A stretch of DNA of 64,000 bases, taken from positions 2,769-66,768 of the forward strand of contig JAAYVD010000112.1 in the NCBI GenBank assembly GCA_012517355.1. Direction: 5' to 3'. A program made the translations under genes and the position numbers. Under the pieces are notes generated by a model. The model searched no databases, was not told the origin of the DNA, and worked only from the letters and a program-made list of their open reading frames with translations. Shown here piece after piece: positions 48,507 through 58,547 of the stretch (within the stretch, counting starts at the first letter, position 1; the number at the start of each line of letters is the position of its first letter). The DNA comes from Candidatus Rifleibacteriota bacterium. GTDB taxonomy: Bacteria; Muiribacteriota; Ozemobacteria; Ozemobacterales; Ozemobacteraceae.

Positions 48507-50156
48507 ATGATGAATCGATGTTCCCGCCTCCAGATCCTGGTTCCCCTGGTCCTGCTGCTGGCGACCTCCGCCTCCGGCCAGGATCTGACCGGCGCGCTCC
48601 TGGACCAGGGAATGCGCCATTACGCCCAGCAGAACTGGGCGGGGGCGGCCGACTACCTCGGCCAGGTCTGTGACATGGCCCCCGACCAGCACACGGCCCG
48701 CTACTACCTGGTCTACAGCCTGCTGATGATGCGGAAATTCCCCGAAGCCCTCTCCCACGCGAACATCCTGGTCCAGCGCAACCCCGGCCAGCCCGCCTAC
48801 CTCCAGTTGCAGGCGCAGATCCAGCAGGCCATCGCCGCCCAGGCCGCCCCCCGGCCCGACGGCGGGGGCGGCAGCCGCCCCGGGGTCCCGCCCAAGGAGG
48901 TCGTCCTGGGCGGCTACGAGCCGGCCTCCGGCAAAGGGGTGCTCATCGAGCCGAAGATGCCGACCGGCCCCCGCCCGTCCAAGCCGAAACCGCCCAAGGC
49001 CGATACCCCGCTCGACACGGCGATCGCCCACATCGACGCCGAGGAGTATCCCCAGGCGGTCGCCATCCTCGACGACCTCCTGAAGAAGGATCCCAAGAAC
49101 GCCAAGGCCCTGCACTACCGCGGAGTGGTCGAGTTCAACCAGCGCCAGTATGGGGCCGCCCGCGACTGGTTCAAAAAGGCGGTGGCCGTCGATCCCAAGG
49201 GGTTCGAGACCTGGTTTCTGATGGGCGACGCGGCCAACCGCGAGTCGAAGTTCGGGGAGGCCCGTGACGCCTTCGCCAAGGCGGTCGCCATCAAGGAGGA
49301 CGTGTTCGCCCTGCTGAACCTCGCCGACGCGCAGCGCAAGCTGGGCAAGGCCAAGGAGGCCGAGGAGATCTACAAAAAGATCGTCAAGATCGATTCCAAC
49401 GTGGTCGAGGCCAAGGTCAACCTGGCCGACGCCCAGCTCGAGCAGGGTCGCGTCGACGACGCCGCGGTGTTGATCAACGACGTCCTGTCGATCAACCCGA
49501 CGAACGGGTTCGCCCATTACGTCAAGGGAAAGATCCTGTTCCGCAGCGACCTGAACGAGGATGCCATCAGCGAGCTCAAGCTCGCCCTCTCCACCTCTCC
49601 CGACAACGACCTCTACCGTCTGGCCATGGCCAAGGCCCTGTTGAAGGGCTTCCGGACCGGAGAGGCCACCGAGCTGGGCGGGGCGGTCCTGCGCGACAAC
49701 CCCAACAGCTACGAGGCCCGCCTCATCCTGGCCGAGGCCCTCCTGATGGAGGGACAGACCGGCGACGCCGAGGAACACGTCGACCAGGCCGAGAAGATCA
49801 TGGCCGGGCCCGAATTGAACCGGCTGCGCGGCCTGATCGCCCTCCGCAACGGCGACCAGGAGAAGGCCAAAACCATGTTCCAGACCTACATCTCCCAGGA
49901 TTCCACCAACGGCTTCGCCTACCTCGAATACGCCGACGTACTCGAAAAGGCCGGCGACGTGCCTTCCGCCCTCGAGGTCTACAAGCTGATCAAGTCCCGC
50001 TTCGGCGGCACCGCCCTGGAGGCCCAGGCCGACGCCAAGCTGACCGCCCTGGGCGGCGCGGCCGCGGCCGGTGAGGCCGCCCCCCCCGCCGGGGCCGAGG
50101 CTCCGCCTGCCACCCCGGCCACGCCCCCCCCCGCTCCCGGCAAGGTGCGCTACTGA
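48507..50156 (+). CDS. Exported tetratricopeptide-repeat protein
   Basis: Signal peptide, many TPR units (e.g. PKNAKALHYRG, PTNGFAHYVKG). Confidence 0.9.
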   Translation: MMNRCSRLQILVPLVLLLATSASGQDLTGALLDQGMRHYAQQNWAGAADYLGQVCDMAPDQHTARYYLVYSLLMMRKFPEALSHANILVQRNPGQPAYLQLQAQIQQAIAAQAAPRPDGGGGSRPGVPPKEVVLGGYEPASGKGVLIEPKMPTGPRPSKPKPPKADTPLDTAIAHIDAEEYPQAVAILDDLLKKDPKNAKALHYRGVVEFNQRQYGAARDWFKKAVAVDPKGFETWFLMGDAANRESKFGEARDAFAKAVAIKEDVFALLNLADAQRKLGKAKEAEEIYKKIVKIDSNVVEAKVNLADAQLEQGRVDDAAVLINDVLSINPTNGFAHYVKGKILFRSDLNEDAISELKLALSTSPDNDLYRLAMAKALLKGFRTGEATELGGAVLRDNPNSYEARLILAEALLMEGQTGDAEEHVDQAEKIMAGPELNRLRGLIALRNGDQEKAKTMFQTYISQDSTNGFAYLEYADVLEKAGDVPSALEVYKLIKSRFGGTALEAQADAKLTALGGAAAAGEAAPPAGAEAPPATPATPPPAPGKVRY

Positions 50157-50187
50157 CCATCCTCCCCCACGAAAGGACCCCCACCCC

Positions 50188-52020
50188 ATGTGCGGCATCA
50201 TCGGATACATCGGCGACAAGCCGGCCAACGAGGTCATCTTCGACGGGCTGACCCGCCTGGAATACCGCGGGTACGACAGCGCCGGCATCGCCGTCCTCGA
50301 GGAGGGCCGGATCATCCTGGCCAAGGACATGGGGAAACTGCGCAATCTGCGCGAGATCCTGGTGACCAACTTCCCCTCCCGGTCGTCGCAGGGCATCGGC
50401 CACACCCGCTGGGCCACGCACGGCCGGCCCAGTTCGTTCAACGCCCACCCGCACGGCGACTGCCGCGGCGACCTGATGGTGGCCCACAACGGCATCATCG
50501 AGAACTACATGAAGCTGAAGCAGGCCCTGGTCGCCGCCGGCCACCGCTTCCAGAGCGAGACCGACACCGAGGTGCTCGCCCACCTGATCGAATCGCACTA
50601 CCACGGCGACCTCGAGGCGGCCGTCCTCAAGGCCCTGTCGGAGGTCGAGGGCGCCTTCGCCATCGCCGTCCTGCACCGCGCCCACCCCGACCAGCTCGTC
50701 TGCTTCCGCAAGGAGAGCCCGCTGATCGTCGGCCTCGGCACCGGCGAGAACTTCATCGCCTCCGACGTCACCGCCATCCTGCAGCACACCCGCCAGGTCG
50801 TCTACCTGGAGAACGGCGAGGGCGCCGTCATCCGCCGCGACGGGGTCCGGTTCCTCGACCTCCGGGGCCAGCCCCTCGAGAAGAAACCCGTCGTCGTCGA
50901 CTGGAACCCGGTCGCCGCCGAGAAGGGCGGCTTCTCGCACTTCATGCTGAAGGAGATCCACGAGCAGCCCCAGGTGATCCGCAACACCATCGGCGGCCGT
51001 ACCTCCGAAGAGGAGGGGAAGATCTACCTGACCGAACTGGGCCTCAGCGGGCCCGACATCTTCCGCACCCAGCGCATCGTCATGGTCGCCTGCGGCACCG
51101 CCTACTACGCCGGCTGCGTCGGGAAATACCTGATCGAGCAGATGGTGCGCGTTCCCGTCGAATGCGACCTGGCCAGCGAGTTCCGCTACCGGCAGCCCCT
51201 CGTCGACCAGAACACGCTGGTGGTGGCCATCAGCCAGTCGGGCGAGACGGCCGACACTCTCGCCGCCGTGCGCGAGGCCCGCTCCCGCGGGGCCAAGGTG
51301 CTGGGCATCGTCAACGCCAAGGAGTCGTCGCTGACCCGCGAGGTCGATGGGCTGGTCTACATCCATGCCGGGCCCGAGATCGGCGTCGCCTCGACCAAAG
51401 CCTACATCGCCATGCTGACCGCCCAGGTGCTTCTGGCCCTGCTGCTGGGCAAGATCCGTGGCGTGCTGCACACCTCCTTCGTGCAGGAGACGATCCGCGA
51501 CCTGAAGGTGCTGCCCCAGCTGATCGAGCGGCTGCTGGCCAATCCCGAGCCGATCCGCGCCCTCGCCGAAAAGTTCAAGGACGCCCACAACTTCCTCTAC
51601 CTGGGACGCGGCATCAACTTCCCCACCGCCATGGAAGGGGCGCTGAAGTTGAAGGAGATCAGCTACATCCACGCCGAGGCCTACGCGGCCGGGGAAATGA
51701 AGCACGGCCCGATCGCCCTGATCGACAAGGACCTGCCGGTCATGGCCATCGCCACCAACCACGACGTCTACGACAAGCTGGTCAGCAACCTGAAGGAAGT
51801 GCAGGCCCGCTCCGGCACGGTCATCGCCATCGCCAGCGAAAAGAACGCCGAGATCCGGCAGGTGACCGAGCACGTCATCGAGATCCCCGACTGCCCCGAG
51901 ATCCTGACCCCGATCCTGAGCGTCATCCCGCTGCAGCTGTTCGCCTACTACATGGCCGACCTGCGCGGCCTTGACGTCGACCAGCCCCGCAACCTCGCCA
52001 AGTCGGTGACCGTCGAGTGA
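50188..52020 (+). CDS. glmS: Glutamine--fructose-6-phosphate aminotransferase
   Basis: MCGIIG, LEYRGYDSAG, HTRWATHG, SQSGETADT, GALKLKEISY, DQPRNLAKSVTVE. Confidence 0.99.
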   Translation: MCGIIGYIGDKPANEVIFDGLTRLEYRGYDSAGIAVLEEGRIILAKDMGKLRNLREILVTNFPSRSSQGIGHTRWATHGRPSSFNAHPHGDCRGDLMVAHNGIIENYMKLKQALVAAGHRFQSETDTEVLAHLIESHYHGDLEAAVLKALSEVEGAFAIAVLHRAHPDQLVCFRKESPLIVGLGTGENFIASDVTAILQHTRQVVYLENGEGAVIRRDGVRFLDLRGQPLEKKPVVVDWNPVAAEKGGFSHFMLKEIHEQPQVIRNTIGGRTSEEEGKIYLTELGLSGPDIFRTQRIVMVACGTAYYAGCVGKYLIEQMVRVPVECDLASEFRYRQPLVDQNTLVVAISQSGETADTLAAVREARSRGAKVLGIVNAKESSLTREVDGLVYIHAGPEIGVASTKAYIAMLTAQVLLALLLGKIRGVLHTSFVQETIRDLKVLPQLIERLLANPEPIRALAEKFKDAHNFLYLGRGINFPTAMEGALKLKEISYIHAEAYAAGEMKHGPIALIDKDLPVMAIATNHDVYDKLVSNLKEVQARSGTVIAIASEKNAEIRQVTEHVIEIPDCPEILTPILSVIPLQLFAYYMADLRGLDVDQPRNLAKSVTVE

Positions 52021-52146
52021 ACTTGGGGTGACGTTGTTGCCCGATGAGTGGGCAACAAAGTCATGTGTCCCCGGATTCTCCAGGTGTGGTTTAATGTCCC
52101 GGGCACCCACGAGAGGCCCGTAGTCACGCCAGGAGTCGAACCCGCC

Positions 52147-54648
52147 ATGGAAGCCAAGACCCTCGACAACCTCGAGTTTCCCAAGATCCTCGCCCTGGTC
52201 GCCGAACAGGCCGGCTCCCAGGCCGCCAAGGACGGCATCCTCGCCCTGACCCCGTCGACCGACCGGGGGGGCATCGAGACCGCCCTGCGCGACCTCGACG
52301 AGCTGGTCGGGTTCCGCGAGGCGGGAGGCCGCCTGCCGGTCAGTGGCCTGCGCGACCTGCGCGGCATCCTGGCCCGGTTGCGCACCGGAGGGGAAAGCCT
52401 GACCGGCGAGGAACTGCTCGCCGTGCGCGCCGACCTCGAGGTGCTGCACGCCCTGAAGAAGGCCTTCCGCCGCGAGGAACAGCCGCGCGAGCTGCGCACC
52501 CCGCGTGGGCGGCTCGACGAACGGGTCGACGCCCTTCCCGGCCTCGAGGGCATCCACCAGCGCATCCTGGTCTCGATCAACGAGAAGGGCGAGGTGCGCG
52601 ACGAGGCCTCGGGCCGGCTGGGCAGCCTGCGCCGCGAGCTGCAACAGACGCGCGCCGAGCTCGAGCGGCGGCTGTCCGAGCTGGTCAACACGCAGACCGA
52701 GGTGGTGCAGGACCGCTTCTTCACCATCCGCAACGACCGCTACGTGGTGCCGGTCAAGTCGTCGAGCCAGAGCCTGCTGGAAGGGATCGTCCACGACCAG
52801 TCGGGCTCCGGACAGACCCTCTACGTCGAGCCCCTCGCCTTCCTGGGCCTGAACAACCGGCTGGTCCGGCTGCGCTCCGAGGAACGCGAAGAGGTCATGC
52901 GGGTGCTGCGCGAGCTGACCGCCCTGCTGTCCGGCGCGCTCGCCGACCTGACGCTGGTCTTCGAGAGCCTCGTGTTCTTCGACATCCTGAACGCCAAGGC
53001 CCGGTTCGCCGAGAAGTTCGGGGCAAAGCGGCCGGAGATCGCGCCCGACGGCCGCCTCGAGCTGGTGAACGCCCGGCACCCCCTGATCCATCCGGACTGC
53101 GTGCCGATGGACATCACCCTCGAACCGTCGCGGTCGTGCGTGGTGATCACCGGCCCCAACGGCGGCGGCAAGACGGTGGCCCTGAAGATCGTCGGCGTCA
53201 ACGCCCTGCTGATGCAGACCGGGTGCTACGTGCTGGCCGGGTGCCGATCCGCGCTGCCCATCTTCCACGAAGTGCTGGCCGACATCGGCGAGTCGCAGAG
53301 CATCGAAAACCACCTGTCGACCTTCACTTCCCACCTCAAGCGGCTGAAGGAGATCCTCGACACCTGCGACGCGCACACGCTGGTGCTGATCGACGAGATC
53401 GGCACCGGCACCGACCCCGAGGAGGGCGCGATGCTGGCCTACGGGATCCTGCAGGAGATCCGGCGGCGCGGCGCGCTGTCGCTGGTCACCTCGCACTACG
53501 AGGCGCTCAAACAGCTGGCCTTCACCACGGCGGGCTTCGTCAACGCCGCCATGGAGTTCGACTACCAGACCTTCCGGCCCACCTTCAAGTTCATGATGGG
53601 GGTGCCCGGCCGCAGCAACGCCCTGGCCATCGCCCGGCTGTTCGGCCTGCCCGAGGTGGTGCTGGGCGACCTGGTCAAGAGCCGCGAGGGGAAGAACGTG
53701 CGCGAGCGCGAGCTGCTCGAGGCCCTCGAGGGGGAACGGTCGCGCATCGAGGCGATGCGCCGTGCCTGGGAGGAGAAGACCCGCGAGATCGAGGTCAAGG
53801 ACCGCGAAGCCGACCAGCTGCTGGCCCAGCTCAAGGAGTTCCGGCGGAAGCGGCGCGACGAGGTTTCCGAGGCCTTCGAGGCCCGGTTCCGCGCCGCGCA
53901 GAAGGAGCTCGAGGCCCTCATCAACCGCCTCAAAGCCAGGGCCGCCGCGCCCGTCCGGCCGGTTCCCGCCGGGGGGGCCGGCGATGAACCCACCCCGGCC
54001 GCCGACCTGGCCGAGGCCCGGGAGGGCCTGCAGTCGGTGCGGGCCACCCTCGACGACCTGGCGTCGCCCGCCGACGAGGAGCCGGAAAGCGCCGACCAGA
54101 GCCCCCTGCGGGTCGGGGACCGCGTCATCTGGGGCCGGCTGCTGCAGCGCGGGGTGCTGCAGGCGGTCGAGGAGGCACGGGGCCGGGCCGTCGTCGACTT
54201 CGACGGCAAGCGGATGACCATTCCCCTGGCCGAATTGCGCCGGGCCGAGGCGCCGATCGGCAAGACCGCCCCGCCACCGTCGCAGGTGGTGATCACCGCT
54301 CCCACCGCCCAGGTGGCCGAGGAGATCGACCTGCGCGGGCTGCGGGTCGAGGAGGCGCTCGAGAAGGTCGAGTCCTTTCTCAAGCTGGCCCAGGCCCAGC
54401 AGCGGGGGCGGGTCTTTTTGATCCACGGGAAGGGGACCGGGGCGCTGCAGCGGGCGATCCGCGAGTTCCTCGACCGCAGCCCCTGGCGCAGCAAGCACCG
54501 GCCCGGGCGGTACGGCGAGGGCGACCTCGGGGTCACGGTAGTGGTCTTCGATCCCGCCGCCGACAAGGCGCCCGAGGGATACGACACCAGCGGCCGGCCC
54601 GATGGGCGCCCCAAGCGCAAGAAAGGCGACCGTGACCGCCCCGTCTAG
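52147..54648 (+). CDS. mutS2: Endonuclease MutS2 (MutS ATPase plus Smr domain)
   Basis: ITGPNGGGKT, LSTFTSH, DEIGTGTDP, GRSNAL, IDLRG..IHGKGTG. Confidence 0.96.
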   Translation: MEAKTLDNLEFPKILALVAEQAGSQAAKDGILALTPSTDRGGIETALRDLDELVGFREAGGRLPVSGLRDLRGILARLRTGGESLTGEELLAVRADLEVLHALKKAFRREEQPRELRTPRGRLDERVDALPGLEGIHQRILVSINEKGEVRDEASGRLGSLRRELQQTRAELERRLSELVNTQTEVVQDRFFTIRNDRYVVPVKSSSQSLLEGIVHDQSGSGQTLYVEPLAFLGLNNRLVRLRSEEREEVMRVLRELTALLSGALADLTLVFESLVFFDILNAKARFAEKFGAKRPEIAPDGRLELVNARHPLIHPDCVPMDITLEPSRSCVVITGPNGGGKTVALKIVGVNALLMQTGCYVLAGCRSALPIFHEVLADIGESQSIENHLSTFTSHLKRLKEILDTCDAHTLVLIDEIGTGTDPEEGAMLAYGILQEIRRRGALSLVTSHYEALKQLAFTTAGFVNAAMEFDYQTFRPTFKFMMGVPGRSNALAIARLFGLPEVVLGDLVKSREGKNVRERELLEALEGERSRIEAMRRAWEEKTREIEVKDREADQLLAQLKEFRRKRRDEVSEAFEARFRAAQKELEALINRLKARAAAPVRPVPAGGAGDEPTPAADLAEAREGLQSVRATLDDLASPADEEPESADQSPLRVGDRVIWGRLLQRGVLQAVEEARGRAVVDFDGKRMTIPLAELRRAEAPIGKTAPPPSQVVITAPTAQVAEEIDLRGLRVEEALEKVESFLKLAQAQQRGRVFLIHGKGTGALQRAIREFLDRSPWRSKHRPGRYGEGDLGVTVVVFDPAADKAPEGYDTSGRPDGRPKRKKGDRDRPV

Positions 54649-54667
54649 AGCAGGAGAACGGTTCCCC

Positions 54668-55165
54668 ATGGAAAAACAACGGATGGTCTTCGTCCAGGTC
54701 GTCGAGAAGCCCGCCCGCAAGCTCATCCTCAAGCGAGGGCGGCAGGCGACGGAGTATTTCGAATACTGCGAGGAGGTCGGGTGCGAGGTCTGGGGGGTCC
54801 TCAGCAGCCTCAAGGGCGCGCTGTACGAGCCCCTCGGCCTGTGGCTGCCGGCCGGCCTGCGCCCCCCGGGCACCTCGGAATACGCCCAGGGGGTGGAGGT
54901 CCCTGGTGACTACGCGGGCCCCATCCCGGAAGGAATGGAGCTGATCGGGCTGCCCCCCTGCCGGATGATGGTGTTCCAGAGCCAGCCGTATCGTGACGAG
55001 GAGATGGGGGTGGTGATCACCTCCCTGCAAGAGGCGATCGAGACCTATCGCCCGGAGATCTACGGCGACGAGTGGGCCGACGAGGAAGCCCCGCGGTATC
55101 AGCTGATACCGCTCCCTGAGCGTGGCTACATCGAAGCCCGGCCGGTACGGAAGAAAAAGTCCTAA
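54668..55165 (+). CDS. Stand-alone effector-binding (GyrI-like) domain resembling the C-terminus of AraC-family regulators
   Basis: FVQVVEKPARKLILKRG..YFEYCEEVGC..GVEVP..RGYIEARPV; AGGAG RBS; no HTH. Confidence 0.75.
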   Translation: MEKQRMVFVQVVEKPARKLILKRGRQATEYFEYCEEVGCEVWGVLSSLKGALYEPLGLWLPAGLRPPGTSEYAQGVEVPGDYAGPIPEGMELIGLPPCRMMVFQSQPYRDEEMGVVITSLQEAIETYRPEIYGDEWADEEAPRYQLIPLPERGYIEARPVRKKKS

Positions 55166-55321
55166 CCCGCTGACACGCCATTCCCTGCCTGTCCCGAGGG
55201 TGCCCGGTTGCGCGCGCCATCCCGAGGCATATCCGCCAGTCTTCATCGGAGATCCCGGCCGCCTACAGGTGGTGGCGCCGCCCGGACGACCATGATAGGA
55301 TGGAAACAGGAGATGGTCACC

Positions 55322-56245
55322 ATGGCTCGTCGCTGTCGACACTCGTTTCCCCGGTGGTGGGTCCTGTTGGCGGTCTGGCTGGTTCCGATGGCCCTGGGGG
55401 CCGTCCAGACCCTTCCGCTTCCCGAGGGAGTGCTCCTCTTTTCCGGCGAGCGTGACGGCCAATGGGACCTCTATCTCTGGAACCCCGAACCCGCTCCGGA
55501 AGGCACGGTCACGGCCATCACGCGGACGAAGGAACCGGAAGGCAACCCCGTGTGGTGGGCCCGCCACCGGATGGTCCTCTGCTCGCAGCAATGGGCCGAC
55601 GGGCGCTGGGCCCTGATGGGGTTCTCCCTCGACGGCACCGAGGTCTGGCACCAGGCCACGCCGCGCGCCAATCTCGGCTGGCCGCAACCCTCCCCCTGGG
55701 ACAACCGCGTCCTGGCCGTGCGGGAAGACCCCGCCACCGGCGAGACACAGCCCGGCATGTGCGAGTTTCCGCGGCTCGGGTTCAAGCCGTTCCCGCCTGC
55801 CGGAGCCCCCGGCGGCCAGATGGCCTGGGTCTCCCCCGAAGAGATCCTCGTCACCCGGCAGTCCGGCGAAGGGTTCGACCTCTGCCACCGCGCAATGGTG
55901 GGCGGGGAGGAGCGGGTCCTCGTGCACGGCGGCCGCAACTGGCTGCCCGCCGCGGCCCCCGCCGGCGGGGCACCCCTGCTGTTCACCCGGCGGGTCGGGC
56001 AGACGGGCAGCGTGTTCCGCCTGCTGCCGCGCCCCGACGCCCCCTGGGAATACGAGGACTGCACCCTCGCCCGCACCTACGACTGGCAGCCGGCGGTCAC
56101 CCCCGACGGCGAGGGCGTGGTTTTCCTTTCCCTGCGCGAGGGCCGGTTCCGCGTGGTCTACCGCCGGCTCGACGGAACGGGCGAACGCGAGATCCCCCTG
56201 CCGGGGTTCACGGCGGTCTACCACCCCTCCTGGATCCGCCCCTGA
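55322..56245 (+). CDS. Exported TolB-like (PD40) beta-propeller protein
   Basis: Signal peptide; FSGERDGQWDLY, EGNPVW, DWQPAVTPDG, YHPSW. Confidence 0.8.
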   Translation: MARRCRHSFPRWWVLLAVWLVPMALGAVQTLPLPEGVLLFSGERDGQWDLYLWNPEPAPEGTVTAITRTKEPEGNPVWWARHRMVLCSQQWADGRWALMGFSLDGTEVWHQATPRANLGWPQPSPWDNRVLAVREDPATGETQPGMCEFPRLGFKPFPPAGAPGGQMAWVSPEEILVTRQSGEGFDLCHRAMVGGEERVLVHGGRNWLPAAAPAGGAPLLFTRRVGQTGSVFRLLPRPDAPWEYEDCTLARTYDWQPAVTPDGEGVVFLSLREGRFRVVYRRLDGTGEREIPLPGFTAVYHPSWIRP

Positions 56246-56416
56246 TCGGCGGTTTCGCCCTGTCTGCCATCGCCTCCCCAGCCGTGATTCCGTTCCCCGG
56301 CACACCGCAGTTGCCCCTCCGATGGCGGCCCAAGGGTCGACCGGTTGGTGTCCGCCACGCCCTTTTGCCCTCTCCAATCGGGGCGTCCGCCGCGAATGTG
56401 CCGCGCAACACAGGTG

Positions 56417-56499
56417 CCGACCGCCACGAGATCGGTCGTCCCCCCATGCCGTTCCGGGTGGCGACGCGAACCCTCCGTTCCGCGCCCGGCACGGGGGCC
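56417..56499 (-). repeat. Degenerate 81-bp repeat copy, minus orientation (further decayed copies probably at 56290-56410)
   Basis: Reverse complement ggcccccgtgccgggcgcggaacggagggttcgcgtcgccacccggaacggcatgggggg...tcgtggcggtcgg. Confidence 0.65.
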
Positions 56500-56513
56500 C
56501 TCCCCCCCTGCCC

Positions 56514-56876
56514 ATGCGGCGGCTGAAGCAGGTCTACCTGGGCCTGGCGGTCGGTCTGCTGGCGGCCCAGGCGATCATGATCCCTGGCGCCCTGTTCAGC
56601 TGGGTGCTGGCCAAGGCCTCCCTGCTCAGCCTCGGCATCAGTGCCAGCGCCCTGCTGATCCTGAATTCCCGGGAACGGGACGGCTTGCGGGAAACGGTCC
56701 GGCGGGCCATCGAAGGGGACCTCTGGGTGCAGCTGTCCTACCTGCCGATCTCGAAACGCGGCGTCGAGTTCTTCGCCGTTTTGTACGTGGTGCTGGTGTT
56801 GATGTCCGCCTACTTCGCCGAGACCATTCCCGTCATCATGCGCTTCTGGCGGGCCTGGTTCGGTGCGGAACCCTGA
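56514..56876 (+). CDS. Small hypothetical membrane protein
   Basis: 120 aa, three hydrophobic segments, GC3 bias; no clear RBS. Confidence 0.65.
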   Translation: MRRLKQVYLGLAVGLLAAQAIMIPGALFSWVLAKASLLSLGISASALLILNSRERDGLRETVRRAIEGDLWVQLSYLPISKRGVEFFAVLYVVLVLMSAYFAETIPVIMRFWRAWFGAEP

Positions 56877-57009
56877 CGGGGCCAGAAAGACCAGGAAGGC
56901 CAGGAACCCACGCAAAGGCTGCGGGCCGCCGGCATGGCGGGGGAGAAGGGCGGGAGCCACTCGACGCCCGGATGGCCAGGGAGCCGGCGAGGGCCCCGCC
57001 GGCCCGGCC

Positions 57010-57471
57010 TCAGCTGCCGGGCGGGCCGTTGTCCCAGAAGGTCTGCAAACGGGCTACCAGCAGAAGGGCCAAGACTCCGGACAGGCTGATCAGAAGACTC
57101 TTGACGATGTCGAACAGACGGGAACCGCCCGCGAGTCCGTTCCAGGTCGGCTGGAACGACAGGTAGCGGATCTCGACCGTCTTGGGATCGGTTCCCCAGG
57201 CAAGATCCGGGCCCGCACTCTGGATGGTCCGGCCGTCCGGCAGGGGGAAGCGATAATGGATGACCCGGTACTTGGAACGGAAGCCCTCGATGGAGATCCC
57301 GACCACCTCGGCGGTCGCCGACCGCCCCAGCAGGGCCAGGACGAGGCCTTCCCCCCCGAACCAGAGCCCCAGCGCCAGGGCGAGAAGGCCGCCTGCCCAC
57401 AGCGCGAGGGAGTTGAGAATGGGCGTGTCCGGACGACGGGAATCGGCGGCGAGTTCTTCGAGAAGTCCCAT
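57010..57471 (-). CDS. Two-TM membrane protein (DUF3592-like architecture)
   Basis: TM, then ATAEVVG..YRVIHYRF..DG..VEIRY, then TM; AAAGAGGA RBS. Confidence 0.7.
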   Translation of the reverse strand: MGLLEELAADSRRPDTPILNSLALWAGGLLALALGLWFGGEGLVLALLGRSATAEVVGISIEGFRSKYRVIHYRFPLPDGRTIQSAGPDLAWGTDPKTVEIRYLSFQPTWNGLAGGSRLFDIVKSLLISLSGVLALLLVARLQTFWDNGPPGS

Positions 57472-57766
57472 GGGTCCTCTTTCAGGAAGATGTTCGCCGG
57501 TTGGCGGAAGGGAAGACCTGATTCACAGCGGGGTCCTATCGGCCGGCATCCGACTCCATCCGCGGCGACTCCTTTCCCGCCCGGGATCTCCAGAGCCAAG
57601 GCCGACCAAGGGCTGGTTCATCCTTGCCAGCCAAGGCAACCATCCGCGTCGAGAGCAGATGAAGGGACATGCCAACCAGGCGACGGATGGCCCGGCACGC
57701 CTTCGGCCCCTCCCCGGTTTCCCACCGGCCGCGGGCGGTCCCGGGCCGGCGGGGAGGGTCGGCCGA

Positions 57767-58219
57767 TCAGAGGATCTGGCCGAGGATGGCGTCGAGTTTC
57801 TGGTTGAGGGCGCGGTATTTGCCGGCCAGCAGCTTCGACAACTGCAGCAGGAACTTCATCCCGAACACGGGGTCCTGCTTCTTGATGACCTCGAAGTGCT
57901 GGTAGTCGAACTTCCCGATCTCGGTCTCGCCCACCGCCATGGCGTGGGCGGTGCGGCCCTGCTGGTCGGCGAAGGCGACCTCGCCGAACATCTCGTTGGG
58001 CTCGACGAACGAGGCGAAGGTGCCGCCGTTGGGGAAGGTGCGGTAGATCTTCACGCGGCCGGAGAAGACCAGCTTCAGCGAGGATCCGGTGGCATCGGCC
58101 AGGACCTCCTCACCATCCTTGTAGGTTCGGAAGGAGAGGAAGGTCGCCAACAGTTTCAACTCGTCCTGGGACAGGTCGCTCAGGCCTTTGAACCGGGCCA
58201 GTCTGAACTCTTCGGACAT
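57767..58219 (-). CDS. Stand-alone cyclic-nucleotide-binding domain protein
   Basis: SGRVKIY, EMFGEVAF..GRTAHAMA phosphate-binding cassette; AAGGAGG RBS; no HTH. Confidence 0.9.
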   Translation of the reverse strand: MSEEFRLARFKGLSDLSQDELKLLATFLSFRTYKDGEEVLADATGSSLKLVFSGRVKIYRTFPNGGTFASFVEPNEMFGEVAFADQQGRTAHAMAVGETEIGKFDYQHFEVIKKQDPVFGMKFLLQLSKLLAGKYRALNQKLDAILGQIL

Positions 58220-58380
58220 GGGTATCCTCCTTTGTCGGATCTTGCCTGCCAAGGGTATCACAGAATCGCCCGGGTTGCCCGCCCTCGGCAAAAACCGGCC
58301 TGGGCGGATGGAGGCCACGCGGGAAGGCCACGCGGGGAGGCCGCGCGAGGAGGCCGCGCGAGGAGGCGGCCCGGGGGACA

Positions 58381-58463
58381 GCCCGCGCGCAGGGGGCGAA
58401 CCGGATGCTTCGCTCCGCCCGTCGTGGCGGCCAGAGGGGGAAGACCGCCAGGCCGGCGGTCGG
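58381..58463 (+). repeat. Degenerate 81-bp repeat copy (intergenic)
   Basis: gggcgaaccggatgcttcgctccgcccgtcgtggcggccagagggg...cggtcgg. Confidence 0.5.
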
Positions 58464-58547
58464 CGGCCCGCCGGGGACCCGCCAGCCACCCGGGTCCATC
58501 CGGAGCGGGTCCGTGGTCACCCGGCCGCCGACGGGTGCTCCCCCGGG

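Noticed and set aside
50156-50188. glmS ribozyme
   Set aside because: Only 31 bp between the TPR gene and glmS
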